From Kondoa subrosea (taxonomy: Eukaryota), in the NCBI GenBank assembly GCA_039545335.1, contig BCIN01000005.1:1395946-1459945 (forward strand): a stretch of DNA of 64,000 nucleotides, in the 5' to 3' direction. The translations under genes were made by a program, and so were the position numbers. The notes under the pieces are model-generated. The model had not been told where the DNA came from. It saw only the letters and a program-made list of their open reading frames with translations, and did not search any database. Below, one piece after another: positions 12,878 to 25,636 of this stretch. Positions within the stretch are counted from its first letter, which is position 1. Every line of letters starts with the position of its first letter.

Positions 12878-15800
12878 ATGCGCAGGCTATTCAAGCGCAA
12901 GACTGCTGCTCCTGCTCCTGTGGTAGAGCCAGAAGCGATAACTCCATCGACTTCTCATGAGCAAGATTTATCAACTGAAACTGTTTCAAGCACGCCTCAG
13001 TCTACATTGGGCAACAACAGCTACTCTGCTCAGCACACACCTGACACGTCGTACGAGGATGATACTGCTGTCCTGCCCAAGAAAAAGAATGATCGCACCG
13101 TGGCTTTCATTTCACCTCACCCTAGCAGTCAAATGCTGTCTGCTGTACATGAACAAAGTGACACCGCTTCTACACATCTCATGGACAAAGCATCTCTATG
13201 TATTCCTCATTCATCAAGCCAGCCTGCTCCTGCTCGTCCAAGTCCCTCTTCGCCAATCATGAACCCTTACAAGGCCAACACGCTGAATCACAATCCTCTG
13301 CTGTCTTTACCTCCGCCGACTTTGTCTAAAAGTCCTGTCAATACGCCCTGGACCGTAAACTCTAGCGCACCTTTCCCTTCAAGCGGCCTCGAAGTGCAAG
13401 ATTTCGCACTTTCCAGATCTATCTCACCTTATTCTACTTCCTCCTCTTATGAAAATCAACCATCTCATATCTATCCTAGAAGTATGGACACTCGAGCAGA
13501 TTCAGCAGGTCAACTACATACACCGCCGTCTTGGTCTGAAATGACGAATAAAGATCTAGTGCAGAATTTAGGTGGAAGAGAGAGAACAAGGCAAGAAGTA
13601 TTGTGGGAAATAGTTGCTTCTGAAGATCGCTACGTTCAAGATCTAGTCAGCTTAGTGGAGAATTATGTTGAACCTCTTTTACATCCGCATCGCTATCAAC
13701 CTTCTCAACCTCAAACTGCTCAAGAAGTACCGATGTCTCCTGTATCGCAGCATTCCAGTGATGCCAATTCTTCTGCTACTGATTTACCTATTGCAAGGAA
13801 ATTCGCTCGCTCTATATCAGAAACCAACACGTCTGCTTCTACACATCATTCGCATCAACACCATCAAACAATCGACAACACTTTTCGTTCTGCTCGTTCT
13901 TTCAATCCAGATCCATCTTCCTATGTCTCTTTACCTACAAAACCTACTTCCACAACTCCTACTCAACCGACTTCTTTCCTTCGACATCATCTTCGTTCTT
14001 TAGGTCCACCAGCACATAAGAAACTGCATAAATCTAAAAATCAAGTACCTGTAGATGTTTTGCAACCACCGAATTTACCAACTGAGCTTCGAGTAGTATT
14101 GGAAACGATTTCTGAAAACTTGTTGGGACGACATGAAAAACTTTGTGGTTTATTGAAAGAAAGATGGACTGCTCAATACCCTTTAGTTAGAAGTTTGACT
14201 GATGTTTGGGCTGAACAAGAAGGTTGGTTGATACATGATTATTCTACTTATGTTTTGAATTTGGAAAAGAGTTTAATGATTGTTGAGAATGGGTTAAAGA
14301 GTTGGGTTCTGTTGCAAGATAATAGTACAAAAGGAGGAGGAAGAAGCAATAGTAGTGAAGAGAAGAAGTTGGGAAGGTGGATTGGGCATCTGGAAGAAAG
14401 AGCTGGCGCTAAAGGAGAGAGTGGGTTGGCTATTGGTTTAAGCAAACCTTTTCAGCGGCTTTTGAAGTATCCATTGCTGTTTCAGGTGAGCTTGATCTTT
14501 CAGTCGTGCATGTACTTTGAGCTGAGAAATCCGGAACCCAGAATCTTTTGTTCCAGTATGTCTTTCAGCTGTGAATTGAATGATGTCTGATATCACTTGA
14601 CAGTACCGATGCTTCTACTGCTGAATACGAAGCAACACAAAGATTGGCTATCGAGATAGATCAGATCGTCAGAAGTATAGAAAACGAGAAGATATCCGAA
14701 GAAGAGCGACTCAAGATGCGAGATCTATGGGCGAGAATCGATAATATTGTAGACAAGGTCAGGATGGAATGGAGTGTGAGCTTTCTGGAGCTAACGTTCC
14801 AATCATCTGTGACAGGCATTGATGGCACCTCGAAGCGAACGCTTGCTGGTCGAAGAAGTTCCGCTTTGGCAACTTCGACCTGGACCTCAGTCAAGAAGTA
14901 CATCAGATGCTAAAGATCCTAGATCTAAGAAAACAACTCGAAGGTTATCGGATTTCATGACTACTGCTGATAACCAGAAAGAACAAAGTGGGAAGAGCAA
15001 ACAACCTTCACTTGGCTCAAAGAAAGATATTTGGTTGATCTATTTGACGGATGTGGTCATTCGCTGTCAACGCACTGGTGTTACTCAACATCCTATAGGT
15101 GCAATCAGTCTTTCGCCAGCGAAAAAGAACAGCTCAGAAGCGCGCAAACGCAACCTATACCGATTCTTGCAAGTCGAGAAATGGGAGATGCGCGACATGC
15201 ATTCCAATCAGAAAGGTGGAATGGTCTCGATGGAAGAAGTGGCTAAGATTCGGCATTCGTTCATCAGTCAGGACGGGCCTTCGGCTGGTGATATAGCTGA
15301 AGAACTTGATGTTCTAGGAGGCCAATCCAGGATGTCGTAAGTTTTGTCTAATCGGCACACTTGGCTCGAGCTGATCGATTCTGTTAGCTTCTCATATACA
15401 GATGATGTACCTCGACCTGCCAACTTCAATGCGGTGTCTGCGAAACTCGATTCGCCAAAAGATACAGCACCTCAATCTTTCTCTGACATTGATCTCACTA
15501 CACCTTCTCCACCTTCTTCTCAACCTCTGACAAACATCAGCAACGCGTCTAATCTTACACAAACAGCAGCAAGAAAACGAGGTCCAGGAGAAGCTAAGTT
15601 TGCTCATAGAGGCAGACCTTCCGCGTCAGATGGCTATAATGCTACTTCTCCACCTCCGCGATCTGTAACGCCCAATTCGCACCGACAAGTGCGATCGTAT
15701 GAGAAGCCAACGGACGCTTATCTGGCTAAATTACGGCCGCTTTCACCAGGTCCTTCAGCTGCCTCTCGCAATCGAGGCATCATTGCAAGCAAGAAACGAG

Positions 15801-15961
15801 CCGCTGCCCCTAGTCTCACTGGACCTCAGCCTCCTATACCTTCACCTAATTCATCTAGCAACCTCAAGCGAGAAGAAAGCGGAATGGTCAACTTCTCACT
15901 ATACCAGAATCACCTAGCTTCCGCTTCATCAACCTCGTTAGCATCTCTACCTATGCATTAA
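12878..15961 (+). CDS. Dbl-homology (RhoGEF) plus PH-like domain protein
   Basis: ERTRQEVLWEIVASEDRYVQDL, LSKPFQRLLKYPLLFQ, KDIWLIYLTDVVIRCQRTG, RNLYRFL. Confidence 0.85.
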
Positions 15962-16362
15962 TATCAACTCAATTCATCAAATCAAGTGTGTTTCAAGTCT
16001 TGTCCATAAAACATCACTTTCGACTTCAGTATGTGTGGTTTTATCAAGTAATTTGGATTCCTCACGGGTTATTATAGAAAGGAAGGAATTAGATATCCAA
16101 GACATGTAGAAGACAGTATTAATATTCAAAGCACACTTTCGTTTAGATATCATTTTGATTACGTAAGCTTGAGTATCACAGCACTTCTCAAAAATCGCCT
16201 TGTTGTTCTCAAGCAGCGTCTGGATCAGCGACAAAAGCGAGCGGCGGAAGAGAGCATAGAGATACCCGAGCATGCACATATAACCCTGCTGCTTATTGTT
16301 GATACCATTCATTACGCTCTACAGACCAGTTCAACTCCTAAAATCATCGAATTGCTATTCTT

Positions 16363-18080
16363 ATGGCTTTCTGTCGCTATTGCGGCGAGACGACAGCTCG
16401 CTGTAAATGTGTCTCACATACTCAAAGAGGTACGCTACAGCACCCAGGGCTCGCTAGCTCTGCAGCTCACTTGACTCCGACAGAAGCAGAGACTGTCAAA
16501 GCTCTACGTTCGACTGGCGACTTTATGCCTTCTGGTCGTGATAGATGGTCAACTCGATATACCGAGAGAAGACTCTCTTCCTCTCCCTCTGCCTCACCTA
16601 CTTTCCCCTCTGAAGCTTTCCACGAAGCGGTCAACTCAAGACACACTAGCGCATGTCCTTCTCCTTCGCCTCTGTCGGTCGAGGAAGAAGCAGAGACCAG
16701 TGGGTGCTCCTGTTTTTCGCTACCAAGTTGCAACTTAGTACAATGACAGTGGAAGATGTCTTGTCCCATGCCTTTGAATCTGTTTTAGCACCGCAGAATG
16801 AGCTGGACAAATGGCGTTGTGCACATTGCAACGATCGCTTCCCACCTGATGCGACTGTCTATCCTGCTGACAACAAGCTCTATTGCAAGAAGTGTTTCTC
16901 GCTCAGTCATGTGAGTTCTATACGTTTCAATAGCCAGGATACTCTGATGGCAGTTCCTAGAGCAAAGGCAGCTGTCAAGTATGCTCTAAAGCTGTCCTTG
17001 GAGACGTTGCTTTTGTAAAGCAAGGAGAAAAGCTTTGGCATAACATCTGTGCGAAATGCTCCTATTGCTCAAAGGTATGATCTCTTTGTCGCATACTCAG
17101 CAGCTTATCGATCTTGCTCAGAATGTCGCCAACGATCCAATGACTGATCTGAAAGGCGCTTTGTCTTGCGAGGCTTGTTTTCTCAATGCAGCTTGGAGGG
17201 GAAGATCAGTTACAGCCGTGCTCCCAGCAACAGTACCTCTTCCTACAACTGAAAAGAAGAATTGGCGCAACTCTGCTTTGAAGCAGCCGGCTATCGAGCA
17301 CCTCAGAACCAAATTCGCCGCAGCTGGACTGCAAAATCAAAGTGTACCTCTGCAGCAAGCAGAGCCAATTGCTCATACATTCCCAAACAATTCTGCTTCT
17401 CTTCCACCAGTGCTACCGATTGGCAAGCAGCATTCGGACGATTGCTACAAGTGCGGTTTGAATCTTCTCTCCACAGCTTCAAACGGAGAAAAGATTGTCA
17501 AGCTTTCAGACCCAAAAGTTTCGATGCATGCGAAATGCTTCTCTTGCTCTATCTGTCGCAAACGTTTTGTAGCCACTTCGTATACTCTTCTAGACGATGG
17601 ATCGTTTGCACATCCAGACGTGAGCTTTCCTCTCTCCTAACCTCTTCAGTTCTGATGTTTCGTTTCAATCAGTGTGCTCCGCTCATGCCAGTCGCTCCAG
17701 CTCCATCAACAGCTCCTGCGTCAAAACCTGTTGAGCCGAAATTACCAAAGACTAAACCTTTACCTTCTTCAATCGCTCCTCTTTCCCCGTCAAATACTGG
17801 CATGAACAACCAGATGAAGACCTCACCAACTTTCGGTACACATAGTGCCGGCAAATGTCCAGCTTGCAATCTGTCCGTGACTGCATTAGATCCATCACTT
17901 TCTTCTGGTCTGATGAAATGGCAGTGAGTTATTCTTATCGCCATACAATTGACAAACGCTGATGACAGTAATTTCAGCACTAAATGCGTTAAATGCATAA
18001 CATGTTTAAAGCAGATGATGGAAATCAGATTGAACAGCGAAGGCAAGAATCAATGTACTTTATGTCGTTTGTCTAAGTAA
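16363..18080 (+). CDS. LIM-domain protein
   Basis: Repeated LIM zinc motifs: CAHC...YCKKC, CQVC...WHNICAKCSYC...SCEAC, CYKC...MHAKCFSCSIC...HPDC, CPAC...HTKCVKCITC. Confidence 0.8.
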
Positions 18081-18232
18081 GCAATGATATGGGAGCATAA
18101 TTGCGAGATGTAATCGCATAAGTGATATCTTCGAATCTATAATGGTATGCGTGTAAGCGTGCAAAGTATGTACATACAGCCCAATCTCTCATTTACAAGT
18201 CCTAGACCCAACCCTTTTTTGAGAACAAACAT

Positions 18233-19955
18233 TTACAAAGGTATAACAATCGCATTCGCGATAATCATGGTTGCGAAAGCGCATGAGACTGTTCAATTCA
18301 GCATCAGAGACAGACTGGCAAGCAAGAGAAGGCGACTCACAGATCCCAACCAGGATTACTCTGTGCATTTTCAACACAGCAGGATCGAGAATCTGCCAAA
18401 CATATCAGTCAAGATCAATGGCAGAATCGAGACAAAGTCACCTGTCTCATTGGCCCAATCACAGCTACTTTTGGACGGCGCTTCAGCTTGCGAGGACCTC
18501 CAACTGGTATCCAAGTGTTCTGCTCGCTTTCGATGACGAAGGGACTCGCCTCGATGTCAGGCTCAAGTTCCCATCTGACGCAAAAGTGTAATCAGCAGGG
18601 AAAAGGAATCTTCGCGGAAGAGAAGTATCCTACGCCCAGAGTTGTCTTCGCGCTTTTTTTGTACCTTGCTTGCCAACGATCGAGCAGTCTGACAGTGCTT
18701 TCAGTGTCCAGCACGTCCCTGCCTTGCATAGCAACGTACATCGATGCCAAGCTGAGTAGATATAGCCTACACCGACGCCCAAGCAGACAGCACCGAAGGC
18801 TCTGTAGCCTCTATGTACTTTGTATTTGAAGGCAAGCACCAAAAGCACAATTCCAACACTCATTGCAATGATTCCAACAGAATCTGTGAAATAACAGTTT
18901 GCGATGTATCAGACAGACTGATACAACACGCAAAAGGTAACCCACACCAGACAAGCTGCAAAGGCCTGTTCGCATTGCCGTGTACGAAAGCTAGATAGCG
19001 AGCGAAAGAAGTTTGTAGATTTGACATTGCATGACGTTCAGCGGCCAAGAAGACTTTGGGTAGAACAGGTAGTTTGGGCCAGCCATTACTATCTAGATCG
19101 AGCGCTTGTACAGTAGCTTGGCGCTGAACTTCATCTAGACCGAGTCTGCACGTCCGAAAAACTGAATCAGCGTAAGACAGAATCTTTCGTTCCTCGACGC
19201 ACTCTGCAGGTGCTCCTCGTTTCAAGAACGTCTTGTGTACTCGGAAAATCTCCTCAGCCAGAGGTAAATGATGACCAGAAAGAATGCTTTTGCTGTCTGA
19301 GCTTGAAGTCTTTCTAAGCATGCTGGGCAGTTGAATACCAGCCAAAGAAGGAGAAGTAGTCTTTGTGTCTAGAGAAGAAAGGGAGATGGCATCGAGAGAA
19401 GAATGCTTGCGGAGATGTGACTTACGAGCGCTTGTTGGTATAGCGAGAGTGATCTCCAAAGGATTCCCTGTTTGCATCAAGTTGTCAATCAAACAGCCGA
19501 CAAGGCTGAAGACTGGACTGCTGCAAACCTGTGTAATTCCGCGCATATCCAGGTCGGAGAGGTGCTACGTCCACGTCAATCGTACGTATGGCATAGGCTT
19601 TAGTTGCGGCAGGTAGTCTGTGTATGCTCAGCTTGCACATTCGCGTCTGTGTGTACGAGACTCACTCAGCGAAGTTTGACCTGTAGTTCCGCAGCCAGAG
19701 TATGAATTGCAGACTATTGGCTTGAATCAGTGAAAGTCAGCTAATGCTGAGGGTGAGCTTACTTTGCTTGCGTGTGCTCTATGTGTCGCAAGTAGCCAGC
19801 AAATTCTGCGAGCGTGAGCGGAGAACAACGTCGATCCTCCAAAACTTCGAATAACATGTGGGTATTGTGACGCGGTGTATCAGGAGAAGAGTGGGAAGAG
19901 AGTGAATCTCACACAGAAGAAGACTAGCGTGAGGAGAGAAAAGACTGAAATCCAT
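18233..19955 (-). CDS. Fungal RGS-domain protein with C-terminal transmembrane helices
   Basis: Spliced LFEVLEDRRCSPLTLAEFAGYLRHIEHTQAN|LQFILWLRNY (RGS start), TFLKRGAPAE, hydrophobic segments, and an RRQLW..WEL motif. The start codon is uncertain. Confidence 0.7.
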
Positions 19956-20165
19956 AACAGAAAAAAACCGCATGAAACGAATCCAATCGAATCGAAGGAA
20001 GCTTCCGACGTTTCATGCATGCCTCTCATGTTTAACCCGGTCCCGATCTACTCGTACAGCCCTGACAATCGAGATATATTAACCAACTGATTCAGGGCAA
20101 GTCTCAATATCGAGCGATTTGGTTTAAGAGAAAGAAACTAACCAAAAAGAAATCGAAATGTGTCA

Positions 20166-20958
20166 TCATGCTCGTAAATCCCAAACTTGTTTACCAGCCT
20201 TTGAGGTCATGACAAGTTCACCATTTGATTTAGCAGCGACAAACTTGCCATTGTTAACGGATTGGATAGTGCAACCAGTAGCGATTTTGCCAACCTGTTT
20301 AAACATTCTGATTAGTAATATTTCAAAACGCTTTCGAAAGGTATGCTGACAGGTGTCTTGCCTGGTGCCAAGCACCATTTGCAGTACTAACAACGTATCA
20401 GTCAAGTCATAGTATCAATGAAAGTCGGCTTACAACGTTCCATGACGGTGAACTATAAATCTAGTTCAGCCACATTACGGTCGTACACAAGATCGGAGAC
20501 TCACACTGGACCGACTTGACCCAATTCTACATATAAATCATTTGGAGAAGGTTGAACAAGTAGATTGTTTGCAGGAATACCATCCAACCTGATTCGTACG
20601 AAATCAGCTCACTTTAACAACAGAAGACGCGCATAAATACTTGATGATATGATCATTCGATGGCTGACCAGTGAATTCCATCCGGAATCTCGAAGTACGT
20701 TTGGCAGCGTCGAGGTAAGAACCAATATTAGGAGAAGTTAGCCATCCTTTACCAGTAGCTGGATCAACTACCTATCCGCAAATTGAATTTAGCAATATTG
20801 TATAAGAGGACAGCTGAGAAAAATACTTTGACTGCTGAACCTTGCAAGTTTGGGTTACATCTTCCGCCATGAGTGGGTGGACTGACTGGGTGAGGTGCTG
20901 CTAGACTCAAGTTGACCAAAGCGAAGGTAGCGAGGATGATTTGAATGAAGGAAAGCAT
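20166..20958 (-). CDS. Small secreted protein, putative ricin-B/CBM13-like lectin
   Basis: Signal peptide MLSFIQIILATFALVNLSLA; CNPNLQG, FRMEFTGQP, WNV|YCKWC, ATGCTIQS and QVWDL, a pattern seen in basidiomycete CBM13-like proteins. Confidence 0.6.
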
Positions 20959-21110
20959 AGTAGAAATGAAAATGAGCGTGAGTTGTTCCTAAAGAGTGTG
21001 GTAGTAGTATTGATTGTGAAGAAATTCGACTAAGAAGAAGAAGACGAAGAAGAAGGGAAAGAGCGGAAGCGGGGTACAGCGCTATGTATGGGTCCACGCA
21101 ATGCTTGAAT

Positions 21111-21129
21111 AACAACAACAACAACAACA
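21111..21129. repeat. (AAC)6 microsatellite
   Basis: aacaacaacaacaacaac read directly. Confidence 0.9.
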
Positions 21130-21473
21130 CCTGCCCGATCGAACGGACAAGACGCGAGTTATATGTCGTGGATATAACGTTCATCGCGTCAAATTGGGAT
21201 CATACAGGTAATAGAGAAGGGAAAGAGAAAGTAGTACAGAGCGTACAGGCGTTGAATGAACATCTGAAAGGTGTATCAAACGAAGAGACGAAAAGTGCTA
21301 TGAAGCAGAACAATCGAGCCATGAAGGATTCAGACACGGATAAGAGCAGCGATACACGACAACGAATCTCCCAAGTGCAGCTGATGCACCCAATGCAGCT
21401 GACTAAGGATCCAGCTTTAAACGTCACTTTCTTCCGACAGCCATTCTTCGAGCTCTTCTCCCAGCAGTACAGC

Positions 21474-22985
21474 ATGTCATTCAAGCTTGAATCAATCTTC
21501 GATGTGCAGGGTCTGGTTTGCGTGATATCTGGTCAGTCCAAGAACATGATGGCCATCTCAAAACAAAAGAGAGATCTGAAGATTTCATGAAATAGGCGGT
21601 GGAACAGGCATCGGTCTCAGTTAGTAGCCATTAGCTTGAGTCGCGAATCATCCTGAGATGCCTGCACAGTGATCGCTCAAGCGTTATCTCAGAATGGAGC
21701 CAAAGTCAATAAGAAACCTAATCCAACCGAATGAGCTCTGATCCGACTGTTTGTAGGTTTACATTATTGGCAGACGAAAGGAGAAGCTGGATCAAGCTAT
21801 TGAAGCTCATGGTAAAGGCATCAGTGGATCTTTGATTGGTTTGCAAGGAGATGTAACCGATCACTCGAGTATCAAGGAAATGGTCAAGGAGATTGAGAAG
21901 AAGGAAGGTTACATTGATGTTCTTATCAACAATGCCGGAAAGTGAGCAGAATTATAAAGCGATCTTAATCTTCTGCTCATTGAAGTTTGTAGAGGAGGCC
22001 CTGGTTTCTCGCCCAAAGACTCTTCAGACGGTGAGCGAGTTGCGTCGTATCGTTGAATATCATTGAGATAATCGTGTGCAGCTCAATCTATCGGAGATGC
22101 GATCTTCGGAGCAGACTACGAAGAAGCAATAGATCTGCTTAAGCTGAACATCCTTTCGTATTACTATGTAAGTCTTTTTCCCATCGCAGCGACTCTTACT
22201 CGTTGATTCCGAGCGACAGATGAGTGGAGCTTTCATTCCTTTGCTTGGAAAATCACCCAATTCACCTCAAATCGTTTCGATCGGTTCCAATGCAGCTTTC
22301 GGTCGAGAAGCCATGGCTGGTGCGCATAGATATTCGTAACAGCTCACTGTGGTAGCTTACGGGTATTCGTGGTGTACAGGCATTCTCTACTCATGTACTA
22401 AAGCTGCTTTGACGCACATGACCAAAATGCTAGCTACTCATTTGATCGATACCAAAATAAGAGCCAACGTTCTAGCTCCAGTATGCCTTTCAAGCTCTAC
22501 TTTGTTGTCTGATTATCCTAATCCGGCCAACAGGGCTTATTCCCTTCTGAATTATGAGTTTAATTCTCTGGCCTTTGCTTGTCTGCTTGTACTAAATGTG
22601 ATGCGTGGATTGTTTACAGTAACGAACGAGTCTGACTCGAAAGGCAAGAGTACTTTAAAGGATTTGATTGGCGTACCTATTCCTAAATCGATGAACCGCG
22701 CTGGTGAAGAGCAAGAAATGGCTGCTGCTATTCTTTGTAGGTTCTATCTTTCATTGAAATGCTTTATCGCTGACTGTAAACGAACAGATTTGGTCAATAA
22801 GAGACAAACGTATGCTAACGGCAGTATGGCTCCTTCACTGTATAGAGAGTCTTCAGCGCTGACTGCTCCATCCCTACAGCTGTGGTGCTAATAGACGGAG
22901 GAGTCTTGTGCCAGTCCGTTATCAACTTGACATACCTGTGTCCTCCGCTTACAGTTGTTTTCACAGAATGCCTTCCACTTATTGA
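21474..22985 (+). CDS. Short-chain dehydrogenase/reductase (second SDR paralogue)
   Basis: MSFKLESIFDVQGLVCVISG|GGTGIG, GAKVYIIGRR, IDVLINNAG, catalytic YSCTKAAL, IRANVLAP, LIDGG, and C-terminal MPSTY*. Confidence 0.9.
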
Positions 22986-23092
22986 TTGAACATGGCGTGA
23001 CGTGAAAATATTAGCGTTATGACGCATTGCAAATATACAGTATGAAAATCTACAGCGTAACAAATACAAAAACCCCTTGCGCAGTGTTTATC

Positions 23093-24199
23093 TTACTTGC
23101 GAAGCTCATCTAATCTTCTTTGCATATCATCCATGCCACCACCTAAATCAGCCGGAGGTGGATCATCTTTCGATGCTGATGTTGAGGTTGCTGGTCCATT
23201 GCTTCCACCAGATGCACCTTCACCTATTGCAACCCTTTGTCTACCTTCTGTTACAGCTTCTGAAGATCCTAAAGCAGTAGGGGCTTCTCCCATCTGTCGG
23301 AGGCATCCACACTCAGCATCCTATATACTGCTGTAGAAGTGGGATTTGACTGACCTGCTGTTTTACACTGATTCCCAATTCATCAAACACTTCACCTAAT
23401 ATCCTTTCCCCTTCCTCTTCTTCATTCTCTTCATCATCTTCCATAACATCATCCACAGCATCAGCCATCATTTCCTCCTTCATATCCATCCCAGCAGATT
23501 CTTTTTCAAAATCCATCAAGATTTTTTGCATTGCAGGTATATTCATATTTTTTGACATTCCATTCATTGCTTTTGTTGCTCCTTTCATTGCTTCTGCCAT
23601 TTGAGTTGATGATCTCATTGATTGTAATCTTAAAGAAACTGCTTGTAATGAAGTTCTCATACTATAGAATTTTGAAATATAACGACGAGTTCGGACTAAG
23701 TCTTTGGCCATTACTTTTGCTGAGCCCTATGAGAGAGAGGCATATGAGGTAGTTAGTTTAGATAATATAGGAAGATGTGATAACGATGCATTCAAACAGA
23801 GACACGACGGCCCACAAGAAGATCAAGCATCGCAATGAGAAGCGAAAGACAGATAGACACAGAGGAGTAATAAGTAGATAGCAGAAGTATCAGCGAGATG
23901 AAAGGTGATAAACGCAAATGACGCCCAGACAATCTTTCAAAAGAAAGAGATACAAGAACTGACCATTTGATTATTTCTAGCAGCTTTCTTGATATCGCCA
24001 ACCAATTTCTTCTCCTGTATTTCCAATTTCGATCTTTCCCTGTCCAACTCCCTCATTGCCTTGTTTAAACTCCTTTGATGTTCCCTCATCTTCTCAGCTG
24101 GTGTCTTGCCATATCCGAACAGAGAGTTCTAAAACCAATATAGTCAGCTTACATTACACGCGAAGAGAGGGAGAGGTGGGAACTTGCGATGATATTCAT
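23093..24199 (-). CDS. VPS2: ESCRT-III subunit Vps2/Did4 (CHMP2A, Snf7 family)
   Basis: MNII|NSLFGYGKTPAEKMREHQRSLNKAMRELDRER, MAKDLVRTRRYISKFYSMRTSLQAVSLRLQ, and C-terminal MIM DDMQRRLDELRK*. Confidence 0.95.
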
Positions 24200-24205
24200 T
24201 GTTGG

Positions 24206-24887
24206 ATGGTTGAATTGGAACGAGCACCTTCAACGCGAATAATGCAAATGCAAGCAATCCCAGATAACTTATCACCAGATTTAAAGAACTTGGTTCATCT
24301 TAAACAACTCACTCAATATCATCTTAGTCAATAGTCAGTCAGCCCTCGCGTTCGATTTTGAGAAGTCGAATGTTAATCCGTTTGCTGGATATAGTCAAGA
24401 TTTGGTTGAGAGGATAAGAGGGTTGTTAAGTAATCAAGTGGATGGACAACAATTGAATGTGGATTACGCTTTGGAAGGACACACTGATTTCACTTGTCAA
24501 GCAATAATGTCCGTTTACTTCCCTTTGTGTTGCTCGATATGAGCTAACGAGCGAAGACAAAATGGACAGTCAAGATGCATCAAAGATTTACCTTGCTCTT
24601 GGATTGGATGAATTGTTCGTAGAGCTGGAATTGAGTAAAGCGGTTCAGTTCTGTGAAAGTAAAGTCAAGTTATTGCAGACGTTAGTCTTTTCGCTCCGCC
24701 AAAGAATGTCTATGCTGATGCAGAGGAGATAGGAAGGAGAAGGCTTTACAAGCACAAGAAGATGCCATGAGACAGGATCTGGCAAAGGCTAGTGTCGGAT
24801 CTCGTATTAAGATACTGACTGATATTTATGTTACTGTAGATCACGGAAGCACTCAAGATGGCTTTGCGGAATAACTCGTCCAGCTAA
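24206..24887 (+). CDS. Prefoldin alpha-type subunit (UXT-like)
   Basis: Coiled coil, then a beta-hairpin segment QDASKIYLALGLDELFVELELSKAVQFCESKVKLL, then a second coiled coil. Four short introns. Start ATG may be 24206, 24242 or 24248. Confidence 0.7.
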
Positions 24888-25636
24888 CCACTTCCACTGC
24901 AATTCTTGCTCCCGTTTGGAGATATCAGGGGAAGTCAGTCCAACGATTTACTTTAGCCGTATCCATCGCTAAAGTCATCGAGCTGACAGGACCTAGATTG
25001 CATCGACCCTAGGTTCCCAACATACTGCGGCGTTCGTCTGCGATGCGAGCTTATTCAGCGCAGTGGGACAGAACACGCACAGTGGACTAGAGTCGTAAAA
25101 GTAAGCTTCACTTCCACGACTGTTTGGAATGATTGTCTTAGCAGATCTCGTACAGTGTGATCTCAAAGTCTCTGTTGGAGTAGATTGTCAAGCTAGTTGA
25201 TCTTTGGCTATTGACAATGTTAAGTGATAACAAAATACTGATTGCTCAAAGTGGGTGTTGATGAACATAGCCGTCAGTGTGTCAGATAGTAAAGAGCACT
25301 TCAGATATCATCTTCTCCCTTTCTATTCTGTCTTTCAATTCGCCGTATTCTTTATCTTCCTGCTCTTCATCTTTATGTATATTCGCGCTGGCTAGCGATG
25401 CGGTCGAATAGCGCAACACAATTTGGAGCAAGCGATGCTTTGTTCTTGATTTATATGAAGCACATGAATACTGGGATCCTTTGTGTCAAACAGAAGAACC
25501 ATTCTGACTGGAATCAAAACCCTTATTCTATTTTGCTCTTTTTCTTTCTCTTCCGTACTACTTCCTATCCAACTTCTCTTGCTTGATATCCTTCTTCAGC
25601 CATCAGCTTCTTATTCGAATTGTCCGGCGTCACAAA

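Noticed and set aside
5218..22985. Two SDRs plus hydrolases as a possible biosynthetic gene cluster
   Set aside because: No PKS, NRPS or terpene core gene, transporter or cluster transcription factor; the genes are interspersed with housekeeping genes.
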